From the NCBI RefSeq assembly GCF_000172995.2, contig NC_014729.1, positions 630,001 to 662,000 on the forward strand: a stretch of DNA of 32,000 bases. Reading direction: 5' to 3'. The first letter of the stretch is position 1; the number at the start of each line of letters is the position of its first letter. Positions 23,716-32,000 of this stretch are shown one piece after another. The position numbers were made by a program, and so were the translations under genes. The notes under the pieces are model-generated. The model made no database searches, had not been told where the DNA came from, and saw nothing but the letters and a program-made list of their open reading frames with translations. This DNA is from Halogeometricum borinquense DSM 11551. GTDB taxonomy: Archaea > Halobacteriota > Halobacteria > Halobacteriales > Haloferacaceae.

Positions 23716-24206
23716 TACTTGTCACCTCCTGAGTTGTGTTTCCAGCCTTTACCACGCCGGAACACCACCCTTGCTTCGTCTCCGAGTTTGTAGAGACCGG
23801 TCTCCAAGTCAAGACGAACCCTTCTCCGAAACTCCGGCTGCTTCAACAACTCTTCGAGAAGTTGGTCGAACGGAGTGTAGTTCTCAGACAGAATCTTCTC
23901 AACCAGTTCCTCATCGATCGTTTGAGTCTGGGAGGTTACCCTGTTGGATGACTGGCTTTCAAGCTGCTGCTCAAGCTCCTCAACCCTCTGCTGTAACTGT
24001 TCGACTTTTCGTTTGTCACCGAGTTTCAACTGACCTTGTTCTCGGAGGTACCGAGCCTCCTGAATCAAGTCTTGGAGGTACTGGATCATCGAGGTACCGC
24101 GCTCTTCGGCCTCTGCTTTCCACGTTTCTTTGTGGGTTTCCGGCGGGTAGAGCTTCACCAACGAAGTGTCATCACTGATGCCACTGGACGATTTCCAACC
24201 AGTCAT
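23715..24206 (-). CDS. small RHH-like / coiled-coil protein coupled to the integrase (possible excisionase or regulator)
   Basis: 163 aa. LVKLYPPETHKETWKAEAEERGTSMIQYLQDLIQEA has a strand-helix-helix pattern, followed by the heptad region VEQLQQRVEELEQQLES. The stop overlaps the integrase ATG (TAATG at 23713-23717). A paralogous fragment is present at 5150-5290. Confidence 0.6.
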   Translation of the reverse strand: MTGWKSSSGISDDTSLVKLYPPETHKETWKAEAEERGTSMIQYLQDLIQEARYLREQGQLKLGDKRKVEQLQQRVEELEQQLESQSSNRVTSQTQTIDEELVEKILSENYTPFDQLLEELLKQPEFRRRVRLDLETGLYKLGDEARVVFRRGKGWKHNSGGDK

Positions 24207-24242
24207 TTAAAGATCAATCCTCCAAGTAAACGTATGTAAACT

Positions 24243-24253
24243 TATTCTTATAA
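24243..24253 (-). promoter_or_regulatory. TTATAAGAATA box upstream of the RHH-like/integrase module
   Basis: TATA-like 11-mer 37-47 nt upstream of ATG 24206. The same 11-mer is retained at 5145-5155 in front of the decayed copy. Confidence 0.4.
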
Positions 24254-24271
24254 GTCTAGTACTGTATTGAA

Positions 24272-24284
24272 GGCCTCGGCACTC
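24272..24284 (+). repeat. GGCCTCGGCACTC, right copy of the 13-bp direct repeat (candidate attR core)
   Basis: Exact copy of 8979..8991. It lies exactly at the AT-rich to GC-rich transition, beside the integrase module. Confidence 0.3.
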
Positions 24285-24770
24285 ATAGGGTTCGTCACTA
24301 CCGAGTGCCTAGTTCGGTTCGGAACGGTGCCGTCGTCATCGGCCACGCGGAGGTACCGGAGCCATCGTCAAGAGCATTCCGAGAGTCCGCTCGAACTACG
24401 TGTCAAACCCCGTCCGGCATCGCGTGGTTCTCCTCGTCGGCGAGATTGTGGAGCCGGTCCGTGCGGCCGGCGTCGAACTGTGACTGGCATTGAGCCACCC
24501 ACGACCCAGAGCGTTCAGCGGAGTTCGGCGTGTGGGCTGTGGTTGTCGTCTCGGGCGTCGGCTTTGGTTCGGTCGCGTGTCGGGTATGTGTGCTCACGTG
24601 TGAATGGTGTTGTGGGACGGTCTGATGGCTGTACGGCCGGAAAACAGTTATTCGCGTACAGATACGACCGACATGAGGTATCAACACATCCGAAGACAAA
24701 CATAATAAATGTTACTGTACAATTTGACGATTTGTTTCTCACCCGCTGGCGAGCGATAGAGTGGAGTGTT

Positions 24771-26366
24771 TCAGAACGTGAGCGGTTCCGACTCGATCAT
24801 CTCGACGTTGGTAAACTCGAACCGGACGCCACCGTCGGGACTCTCCGCGAGCGACACCGTCCAGCCGTGAGCCTCGGCGATGCTCTTGACGATGTTGAGT
24901 CCGAACCCGGTTCCGTCCTCGTTCGTCGAATATCCCGCCTCGAACACTTCCTGACGGTCAGCGGCCGGAATACCGGGTCCGTCGTCCTCGACGGCGAACC
25001 CGGAATCTATCGGCCTGACGATGATAGTGACGTCTGACCCTGCGTGTTCGCGGCTGTTTCGGAACAGGTTCTCGAACAACTCGCGCAGTCGGCTTCGGTC
25101 ACACGCGACCGTTCTGAGGTCATCGAGCAGTCTGAGCGTTGCTGACGGCGACCCGGCCGTCTCCCAGGCATCTTCGGCGACAGTCTCGAGTGGTACCTTG
25201 TCGAACTCATCGATTGCCGTTCCTTGCTGTGCGAGCGTCAGCAAGTCTTCGATGAGTTCGTTCATGCGCGCTAGCGCGTCTGCGACTCGGTCGAAGTACT
25301 GTTCGTCGCCGTGTTCCTGTGCGAGTTCGAGGAAGCCCTCCGCGACGTTCAGCGGGTTGCGCAAGTCGTGTGAAACAGCCCCTGTGAACTCCTCTAACCG
25401 TTGGTTCTGTCGTGCCAGTTCGCGCTCGCGTTCTGCGAGTTGTTCGTGGGTTTCTATCGAAGTAATTGCGTGACCAATCGTGTCTCCGAGTTCTGAAAGA
25501 ACCTCCTTTTCACGTTCGTCGAAGACGTTCTGTCGGTCCGCATAGATGCTGATGAGACCGTACACGGTTTCGTCGTCACGTATCGGCACGACTGCCAGCG
25601 ATTCGGCATCGAGCGCCTCGAACTGATCCCACCACGGTTGCATCGTCGGGTCCTCGAATACGTTCGGAATACACTGTATCTCGCCGCTCTTGATCGCTCG
25701 GCCTCCTGCTCCCTTGCCGGTCGGGTCGTCGTCTACGGTGACGACGAGCGATTCAAAATACTCCTCGTCGAATCCAGTCCACGCAACGGGTCGAACGCGC
25801 GAGTCAGTTGGGTCGTATCGACCAATCCACGCGGCGTCGTACGGGCCTGATTCGATCACGCGGTCGCAGACTGCCTGTTCGAGCGCAGATCGCTCGGAGT
25901 TGCTCACGAGCTCTTGGGTTGCGATTCGCAGCGTGTCGTTGATGCGATTCAACTGTTCTAGAGAACGCTGTTGCTCCAACCCCCGAGCATCGTAGACACC
26001 GACCAACAACCCGATGAGCGCCCCAGCCGTTGCAACGTTGAGCATCGGGACCACTGGGTCTATCAACGGAAATCCTCGGATGACGGTGGCGACGAACACC
26101 CAGCCGCCGAGTATCGTGAGCGCTACGACGCCGGCGCTCATCCACGCCAGTATCCGCCCCACAAACTGGTTTCCGACGAACTGCCCACGGGTTATTAGCA
26201 CACCAACGAATAGTAACGAAGTTGATAGAACGAGCGGAAACAACTCCACAGTCAACTGCGCTGGTTCTGCGAACAGTCCGATGGTGTTGTACAGGTGATA
26301 CAGGCTGGGGAGCAGACCGATACAGATGACAAACCAACCCCCAGTGCGTGCCGAGATCCCCCTCAT
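24771..26366 (-). CDS. membrane-bound sensor histidine kinase (multi-TM N-terminus, GAF, HisKA, HATPase_c)
   Basis: Five to six hydrophobic helices are followed by a GAF-like region, the H-box AVSHDLRNPLN, the N-box LFRNSREHA, and the G-boxes EDDGPGIP and GTGFGLNIV. Confidence 0.9.
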   Translation of the reverse strand: MRGISARTGGWFVICIGLLPSLYHLYNTIGLFAEPAQLTVELFPLVLSTSLLFVGVLITRGQFVGNQFVGRILAWMSAGVVALTILGGWVFVATVIRGFPLIDPVVPMLNVATAGALIGLLVGVYDARGLEQQRSLEQLNRINDTLRIATQELVSNSERSALEQAVCDRVIESGPYDAAWIGRYDPTDSRVRPVAWTGFDEEYFESLVVTVDDDPTGKGAGGRAIKSGEIQCIPNVFEDPTMQPWWDQFEALDAESLAVVPIRDDETVYGLISIYADRQNVFDEREKEVLSELGDTIGHAITSIETHEQLAERERELARQNQRLEEFTGAVSHDLRNPLNVAEGFLELAQEHGDEQYFDRVADALARMNELIEDLLTLAQQGTAIDEFDKVPLETVAEDAWETAGSPSATLRLLDDLRTVACDRSRLRELFENLFRNSREHAGSDVTIIVRPIDSGFAVEDDGPGIPAADRQEVFEAGYSTNEDGTGFGLNIVKSIAEAHGWTVSLAESPDGGVRFEFTNVEMIESEPLTF

Positions 26367-26391
26367 TGGCGTACCTGACGCCGGCTTCGTG

Positions 26392-26398
26392 ATATAAA
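26392..26398 (-). promoter_or_regulatory. TATA box (minus strand TTTATAT) for the histidine kinase gene
   Basis: Centred about 29 nt upstream of ATG 26366. This spacing is typical of a leaderless or short-leader haloarchaeal promoter. Confidence 0.35.
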
Positions 26399-26861
26399 TT
26401 TCGGCAACAAGTTAGAAAACAAACATTACTGCGACGGTGGTATTCGGTTACTTTGTGGGCGGAAAGTACACTTTGTCGAGTGGTGGGGTAATTTGCTGTA
26501 CGAACTCAGACAATAATTATGTTAATTGGTATTCTGGGGCAGTAACCAATAGATGATGGGTGGACGGATGGCCGACTCACAGACGGCATCGGCCGACGAC
26601 CGCTGCTTGCATGGTATCTACGGGAGATCCGTGTACAGCAATGTCTCTATCTTCCATCAGACGGGCACGCTCGGAGACCGACAACGTCTGACTTCCGCCC
26701 TCTCTCGCACCCCAAGGGAGGTCCGCAAAAAGGAACGCGTCACGACGTAACGTGGCCGCAGGCCCTCTCGTGGTTTGGCTCTCTCGTCGCATCTGTAGCG
26801 GAGTCGTCATCCGATCGCACGGTATCGAACAGATGAGACGCGTGCTGACGTGCAGGCGCGA

Positions 26862-27470
26862 CTATACCTTCCGAGCGAAAGCGAGCGTTCCGCTGGTACG
26901 TTCGATGATCGCGCGGACCGTGTCGCCCTCGCGTGCACCGGTGACGAAAATCGTGTACTTGCCCTTCTCGGCAACCCCGTCACCCTTGCGACCGGTGCCG
27001 GTAATCTCCAGTTCGTACGTCTTGCCCTCCTCGATGGCGGGTCCGGTCTGCGTTTGCGTTTTCGCGGCCTGTTTCTGAACCGGCCGGAACGCACCACACG
27101 CCTCACAACGGAGCATGTCCACGCCGTCCTCGGTGACGAGACGCGTGTCCGGCAGGCCACACTCCGTACAGGTGACGTACTCGGCGACGTATTCGTCGAT
27201 GGCCGCCTCGAAGTTTGCGACGCTGAACGACCCGTTGTATCGGGCACGGTCACCGTCGAACTGGCCGTTCGTCCCGAGCTCTCGCTGGATGTTTCGGTGG
27301 AGATGGCTCGCTTCGCGCCCGAGGGCGTCAGCGATCTGCCCGAGGTTGGTCAGTCGGGTGAACGCGCCGTCTGTCTCGCCTTCGGGGTCGGGAACGCTGA
27401 GGCGTGACTCTTCGTAGTTTCGCTCCGGAAGTGTGTCGAACGCTCTGTCGAGAGAATCTGCGTAGTCCAT
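26862..27470 (-). CDS. translation initiation factor aIF-2 beta subunit with C-terminal TRAM domain
   Basis: From Met30 of ORF 26862..27557 (MDYADSLDRAFDTLPE...). aIF2-beta core with zinc ribbon CTECG...CEACG. The C-terminal GKTYELEITGTGRKGDGVAEKGKYTIFVTGAREGDTVRAII is TRAM-like. Confidence 0.85.
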   Translation of the reverse strand: MDYADSLDRAFDTLPERNYEESRLSVPDPEGETDGAFTRLTNLGQIADALGREASHLHRNIQRELGTNGQFDGDRARYNGSFSVANFEAAIDEYVAEYVTCTECGLPDTRLVTEDGVDMLRCEACGAFRPVQKQAAKTQTQTGPAIEEGKTYELEITGTGRKGDGVAEKGKYTIFVTGAREGDTVRAIIERTSGTLAFARKV

Positions 27471-27614
27471 ACGCACGAGAATGGGTGCGGACCTAAAGCC
27501 GTTCCGTGTGCCGTGGTTAACGCGGACACGCCGGCGATGGGAGCAAAACTCCGTCATACGGGCCTCTCAGCACTTTCTCTGGGGGTCCGACAGATTCGGC
27601 CTGAATCAGGCTCT

Positions 27615-28688
27615 TCACCCGCCGGTTCGAGTGATATCGAGTGTTTCGATCAGTGGGAGCGCGCGTTCGTAGCGCGTCGCTCGTGTCTTCCCGCGGACGA
27701 CGCCCCAGACGGTCACCGTCTCGTTCTCCAACAGACGGACGCTCATCGAGTCGTCGAACAGCGTCCCGATTTCCCACCGGCAGGCCACCGCGTCAGTCCA
27801 CTCGTCGGCCTCCGTTTCGGCCACGAGGAGGTCAATCTGAAACGTCTCTTCGCGTTCTTTCACGCTATCAACTGTCCCCTCGTATCGAACGGCGTCGCCG
27901 CTGAATGCCGCGGTGTCGGCCGCCAACTCGTGATACGGAATGCGCGTCGCGTTGGCCGGACGGTCGCCCCCCGACGCGGACTGCCGACTCGGCATCGCTT
28001 CGTTCATCCGGGTCTGGTTCGTCACGTTCGGGTCGAACGAGACATCCATCCTCGGTAGTCGCCCGCGCAAGTCGGTCATATGGCGGCGGATAGCGGCCCG
28101 TGCCTCCGGCGACGACTGCACGTAGTCCGACAGTCGCTCGACGGCTAGATAACTGCCGAGACCCACGAGAACGTACGATGCAACCGTCTTCACCGCTTCT
28201 CGACGGTCGATCTCCTCTGTCTCCTCTTCATCGTCGTCGGCGTCGTCACCGTCACCGTCTACGGGTTCACCTAACCAGTCGGTTTCCTGTTCTTCCTCTG
28301 TCGTCTCATCATCTTCGGGTTCGACACCCGCCTCGCGCAGTTCCACGGCGAGACCGCTCGCGTCGAACGTTGCGATTCCCGGTGGAATGACCCCCGAGTT
28401 GAGACCGGTCTTGGCGGCGACGACGTGCGGTTCCACCTCGTCGCGGTCGCAGGCGTTGACGAACACGCGCAACTGTCGCTCCGTCGCGCCGTCGGCATCG
28501 ACCCACGTCCGAACCGTCCGTGTGGCCCCCTCGTCTGTCTCCCCTACCGCTTCGACGTGTATATCCGGGCCACTGAATGTGAGAGTCGTTTCGTATCCCC
28601 GCTCCTCCCAGAGTCGCTGTACCAACGAGGCGACATCTACTGCTGACGCATTCGATATCACCTCGTGTATCGACCCCTCTCTCATCAT
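27615..28688 (-). CDS. hypothetical protein with a poly-acidic linker and one TM helix
   Basis: 357-aa ORF with haloarchaeal acidic composition. Central run DGDGDDADDDEEETEE, followed by VKTVASYVLVGLGSYLAV. No family recognised with confidence. Confidence 0.65.
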   Translation of the reverse strand: MMREGSIHEVISNASAVDVASLVQRLWEERGYETTLTFSGPDIHVEAVGETDEGATRTVRTWVDADGATERQLRVFVNACDRDEVEPHVVAAKTGLNSGVIPPGIATFDASGLAVELREAGVEPEDDETTEEEQETDWLGEPVDGDGDDADDDEEETEEIDRREAVKTVASYVLVGLGSYLAVERLSDYVQSSPEARAAIRRHMTDLRGRLPRMDVSFDPNVTNQTRMNEAMPSRQSASGGDRPANATRIPYHELAADTAAFSGDAVRYEGTVDSVKEREETFQIDLLVAETEADEWTDAVACRWEIGTLFDDSMSVRLLENETVTVWGVVRGKTRATRYERALPLIETLDITRTGG

Positions 28689-28831
28689 CAGATCTCAATG
28701 ATAGGGGCAAAATACTGTTCCGGCCTGAGTATCAATCTTGATTTTACTGTTATGCCTAATTGACAGAAATCTCCAGCAGGCCGATCTTCGAACGGGCCGC
28801 GTTTGGTCTAGCGTCGATATCGGTTCTTCAC

Positions 28832-29359
28832 TCAGCGTCGATACCGGTCTTCATCGACGACGGCGGCGCGTTCGCGCTCGGCGCGCGCATCGTCCACCGA
28901 ATCGTTTGCCACCAATCTATCGAGTTTCCGTTCGAACTCCGCTTCGGTGATTTCGTCTTCGACGTACTGCCGTTTCAGCGACGCCAGCGCGTCCTCTCTT
29001 CGTTCTTCGGGCGTCGGTTCGGGTTCGGAGAACACGTCGGCGACGCCGAACATTCGGAGGATGGGGAACATCCGCTCGGCGCGCCGGGCGATAGACTCGA
29101 CTCGGCCACCACGGGGGAGCGACGCCTGTCGGGCGAGACCGTAGACGACCCCAACGGATGAGACGACGGCAACGATGACTGAGAGGGCGAATACGGGGAG
29201 TTCGGGAAAGGCGAGGTCGAGGAGTACGGTGACGAGCGACCCGCTGAGGAACGCACCGCCGACAACGACGGCGGCGTACGCGAGGAGAACGACCGCGAGC
29301 GTCCCTGAGACGAGGAGCGACAGGAACGACACCAGTACCAGTCGATTCCGGAGGACCAT
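28832..29359 (-). CDS. SHOCT-domain membrane protein
   Basis: From Met41 of ORF 28832..29479 (MVLRNRLVLVSFL...). Three hydrophobic helices, then LASLKRQYVEDEITEAEFERKLDRL, the SHOCT short C-terminal domain pattern. Confidence 0.75.
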   Translation of the reverse strand: MVLRNRLVLVSFLSLLVSGTLAVVLLAYAAVVVGGAFLSGSLVTVLLDLAFPELPVFALSVIVAVVSSVGVVYGLARQASLPRGGRVESIARRAERMFPILRMFGVADVFSEPEPTPEERREDALASLKRQYVEDEITEAEFERKLDRLVANDSVDDARAERERAAVVDEDRYRR

Positions 29360-29465
29360 GTGACCGTGTCCGTTCCCGACCCGGCTATATCTATCGGATA
29401 ATAGTGCGTAATGACACGTTTCGTTTCTTTCGTCTCGTCTCGGGTCACACGATACACTCGATAGG

Positions 29466-30548
29466 ATGTCTATACTCATCCCCGCGGATTACGACCTCTT
29501 TTTCGATATGAGTATTCCCGCGCGACGCCTCCGCTCAGCGGTGGTCGTCCTCGTCGTCCTCGTCATCGGGGCGAGCGTCGGCGTCGGTGGTGTCACCTTT
29601 CTCGATACTAACTGGTTGTTCCCCACTTCGGATTCGACATCGCCGCCGGCTGCGACACCTGATGCGACGGCGGATGCCGCAACACAGACGCCCGCTGCAC
29701 CAACCACGACCCCACGTCCGTCTTCCGCGGCGAACACTACGTGGAAAGAGTACCAACTCGTCGCCGTCTTCCGGAATGACGATATCAAACCGAACCCTGA
29801 CCCGACGACGATGCAGGCGGTTGACCGCGTGTTCGCTGACGAGAATGTCCCGGTGACGAACGCAGTCATCCCGTTCCCCGGCGGCGAGCCCATTTCCTCA
29901 TCCAAGGAGACGTGCAGTTACCTCCGCGAGCTTCGCCGTGACAACCCTACCACGTTTGAGTTCGCTCTCCACGGCTATACTCACGAGAAGCGAACGGAGT
30001 TCTACGGGGCCAGTGAGTTTGGGTCCGTCCCATCCGAGACACAGCAGGAGTGGATAACAGTCGGAACCAGGGAACTTACGGTGTGTACGGGTGTCCGGCC
30101 AACGACGTTTGTCCCGCCGATGAATACCTATGACAAGAACACGACGCGGGCGGTGGCTGCGTCGAATCTCACTGTTATCTCCGGTGGGTCGTGGTTCACT
30201 GAACCCTACTACGGCGAACGAGGTGTGTTCCGAGCGAGTAATGTTGTTCACGTCGGTAATACCACGGGATATGTGGCAAACTGGACGACAATGGAGACGA
30301 AGTCTCGCTCCGACTTGCGCGCAGACTTCGACAAGGCGTATGCTGAGGGAGGTACGTATGCGATGATGCTTCACTACCCTCACTTCGACACCGCGGAACG
30401 TCGGAGTGATCTCCGAGCACTGCTCCGCTACGCGAAGTCACACGACGGTGTTCGCTTCATGACGGTCGGAGAAGTCGGGTCACGTCTCTCGAACGAGACG
30501 ATGGAACGAACGGACGAGGGGTGGCGCGTCCTCGAATCGGAACGTTAG
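29466..30548 (+). CDS. polysaccharide deacetylase-like (DUF2334/NodB-like) protein with N-terminal anchor
   Basis: VAVFRNDDIKPN...FALHGYTHE...TTFVPPMNTYD is the NodB/DUF2334-type pattern. A signal-anchor follows RRLRSAVVVLVVLVIG, then a Pro/Thr/Ala linker. ATG 29508 is an alternative start. Confidence 0.7.
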   Translation: MSILIPADYDLFFDMSIPARRLRSAVVVLVVLVIGASVGVGGVTFLDTNWLFPTSDSTSPPAATPDATADAATQTPAAPTTTPRPSSAANTTWKEYQLVAVFRNDDIKPNPDPTTMQAVDRVFADENVPVTNAVIPFPGGEPISSSKETCSYLRELRRDNPTTFEFALHGYTHEKRTEFYGASEFGSVPSETQQEWITVGTRELTVCTGVRPTTFVPPMNTYDKNTTRAVAASNLTVISGGSWFTEPYYGERGVFRASNVVHVGNTTGYVANWTTMETKSRSDLRADFDKAYAEGGTYAMMLHYPHFDTAERRSDLRALLRYAKSHDGVRFMTVGEVGSRLSNETMERTDEGWRVLESER

Positions 30549-31627
30549 AACCGCTCGTCGGCACGTTCACGCGCCGCGGCGGCGACGAACGGGAGCGTGA
30601 TGGTGGCGTCGCCGACGACGGTGACGTTTTTGGCGGATTTCTCCAGTTTCCCCCACGACCGGGCCTCGTCTAACGTCGCGCCCGACAGCCCGCCGGTGTG
30701 ATCGGGGTCCATCGTCAATTGGACGCCGTAGTCGTACGCGTCAGGGATGGTCAGCATCGTCTGGAGGACGTAGTTTTTCGGTACGCCGCCGCCGACGACC
30801 ATCGCTCCAGCTTTCTCCGCCTCGAACGCGAGGTCTGAGAGATGCGTCATATCCGTGAGGGCGTCCAGCGTGAACTCGGACGTCTGCGAGTAGATCCACG
30901 CCTGAATGCCCAGCACGGAGTCCTGAATCGCCGGACAGTAGATGGGCACGTCGTGTTCGTAGGCCGCGGCGGCGATGCCGGCGTCCTCTTCGATTCCCTC
31001 CGCTCGATTGCGTTCGAGGTTCGCCCGCCCGAGTTCGGCGGTGAACTCCCGAATCGACACCGTGCGTTCGATTTCGGGGAACACGTTCTCGCGGAGGTGG
31101 CTCTCGAACAGGGCGAAGTACTCCTGCGGGAGATAGACGTTGTAGATGCGGTCTACTTGCTCGTCGCGCAAGTGTTCGTCGTGGTCGCGCAGCGTCTCAC
31201 CCGTCGGTTCTGCGTCCTCGTTCGTTGGATGCGGATCGTGCGGTTCCGCCCGCCCGTGATGGTGTTTGCCGCCGATAGCCTCGATAGCGTCGTGAGTCAG
31301 ATTCGCCCCCGTCGTGACGAGCGCGTCGATGTGGCCCTCTCGGATGAGGTCAACGACAATCTGACGCATCCCTGCCGGTACCATCGCGCCAGCGAGACCG
31401 AACAGATTCGTCACGTCGTCTCTGCCGATCATTTCGGCGTACACGTCCACCGCACGCTGGAGGTTCGCCGCACCGATGCCCGCCTTGCCGTACTCGCCCG
31501 CGAGTTCGCCGACGCTCATGCCTCCACGGACCTGTGCGTGACCGATTGGGTTCTCGTGGAACTCCTCGCGGTGTGGTGGGTGGTATTCGTCGTGGTCGTC
31601 CGTATCCTCGTGACCGTCGTCGCTCAT
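30545..31627 (-). CDS. dys: deoxyhypusine synthase
   Basis: From Met17 of ORF 30545..31675 (MSDDGHED...). VTTGANLTHDAIEA, GGGVPKNY and EARSWGKL (catalytic Lys motif) are characteristic of DHS. Confidence 0.85.
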   Translation of the reverse strand: MSDDGHEDTDDHDEYHPPHREEFHENPIGHAQVRGGMSVGELAGEYGKAGIGAANLQRAVDVYAEMIGRDDVTNLFGLAGAMVPAGMRQIVVDLIREGHIDALVTTGANLTHDAIEAIGGKHHHGRAEPHDPHPTNEDAEPTGETLRDHDEHLRDEQVDRIYNVYLPQEYFALFESHLRENVFPEIERTVSIREFTAELGRANLERNRAEGIEEDAGIAAAAYEHDVPIYCPAIQDSVLGIQAWIYSQTSEFTLDALTDMTHLSDLAFEAEKAGAMVVGGGVPKNYVLQTMLTIPDAYDYGVQLTMDPDHTGGLSGATLDEARSWGKLEKSAKNVTVVGDATITLPFVAAAARERADERF

Positions 31628-31685
31628 ATCTCTCGGTGCGCATCCCGTCTGTTTAGTGGTCGCGGTCCGCGCCAAATCGCGCCGC

Positions 31686-32000
31686 CTACAATCCGGTCGG
31701 GAAGTCCAGATACGTCGTCTCTAGTCCCCACTCCTGCGCGAGCGCCGCGAGGTTACGCACACCGAACGTCTCAGTCGCGTAGTGTCCCGCCAAGAAGACG
31801 TTCAGGCCTGCCTCGCGCGCCTCGTGGTACACTTGCTGTTTCCCCTCGCCGGTTACGAGTGCGTCCGCACCGACGGCCTCGGCCTCCGAGAGCCAATCGA
31901 CGCCGGAACCGGTGACGATTGCAATCTCGGAAATCTCGTCGGGGCCGAAGTCGAGTACCTGCGTCGGAGTACCGCCGTTGTCGAACTCGTCTAACGCCTC
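31686..32000 (-). CDS. NIF3-like dinuclear-metal-centre protein, C-terminal part (gene continues beyond the window)
   Basis: Manual translation of the minus strand gives ...IAIVTGSGVDWLSEAEAVGADALVTGEGKQQVYHEAREAGLNVFLAGHYATETFGVRNLAALAQEWGLETTYLDFPTGL, with the stop at 31688-31686. It is absent from the ORF track because it has no start inside the window. Confidence 0.75.
   Translation of the reverse strand, partial: EALDEFDNGGTPTQVLDFGPDEISEIAIVTGSGVDWLSEAEAVGADALVTGEGKQQVYHEAREAGLNVFLAGHYATETFGVRNLAALAQEWGLETTYLDFPTGL

Larger units (their letters stand above)
8542..24271. mobile_element. AT-richer genomic island / integrated element of about 15.7 kb with the integrase at its right end
   Basis: Base composition drops abruptly right after the VOC gene start (8541). 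It recovers right after the promoter of the RHH-like/integrase module (about 24270). Contents are an integrase, IS6 copies, orphan genes and a defence-like operon. The left limit is uncertain (8542 versus about 8979). Confidence 0.7.

Noticed and set aside
26553-26810. ORFs 26553..26750 (+) and 26577..26810 (-) in the aIF2-beta/kinase spacer
   Set aside because: They are mutually antisense, basic and without motifs, so neither looks like a haloarchaeal protein. The region is left unassigned (see finding).
27615-28688. Possible restriction-endonuclease-like N-terminal domain in the 357-aa protein (VASLVQRLWEERGYETT...GPDIHVEAV)
   Set aside because: Only a loose helix-plus-D/E pattern is present, with no Q/E-x-K element. 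It lies in ordinary GC-rich host context. The evidence is too weak to assert.

Overview
The window looks like a haloarchaeal (Halobacteria-type) chromosome segment. The DNA is G+C-rich, predicted proteins are strongly acidic, Tat (SRRxVL) signal peptides occur, and TATA-like boxes sit about 25-30 nt before start codons. All G+C statements are eyeball estimates, and no database search was possible. Positions 1-8541 and 24272-32000 carry ordinary GC-rich host genes. On the left these are an FAH-family hydrolase, a truncated LMF-like gene, a DCC oxidoreductase, an SPW-repeat protein, a Kv-type K+ channel and a DoxX/CMD/HxlR/Xi-GST/VOC cluster. On the right they are a GAF histidine kinase, aIF2-beta with TRAM, a SHOCT protein, a deacetylase-like protein, deoxyhypusine synthase and a partial NIF3 gene. 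Between about 8542 and 24271 lies a visibly AT-richer island of about 15.7 kb. Its right end carries an intact tyrosine integrase plus a small RHH-like gene. A decayed, inverted copy of the same module lies at 5098-5675. The island carries a secreted-protein/metzincin-like/lipoprotein operon, a nested pair of dead IS6 copies and a stem-loop-dense non-coding stretch. It also carries several small orphan genes, including one long ORF with no start codon. The main candidate for a novel system is a four-gene minus-strand operon at 15662-22601. It encodes a 1399-aa Mrr-nuclease/NACHT-STAND-like NTPase, a 4-TM protein, a 569-aa SMC/Rad50-like ABC ATPase with a mid-coiled-coil 4-Cys zinc hook, and a 149-aa acidic winged-helix-like protein. 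I propose it as a defence system combination that I have not seen described. I found no rRNA, tRNA or CRISPR array.
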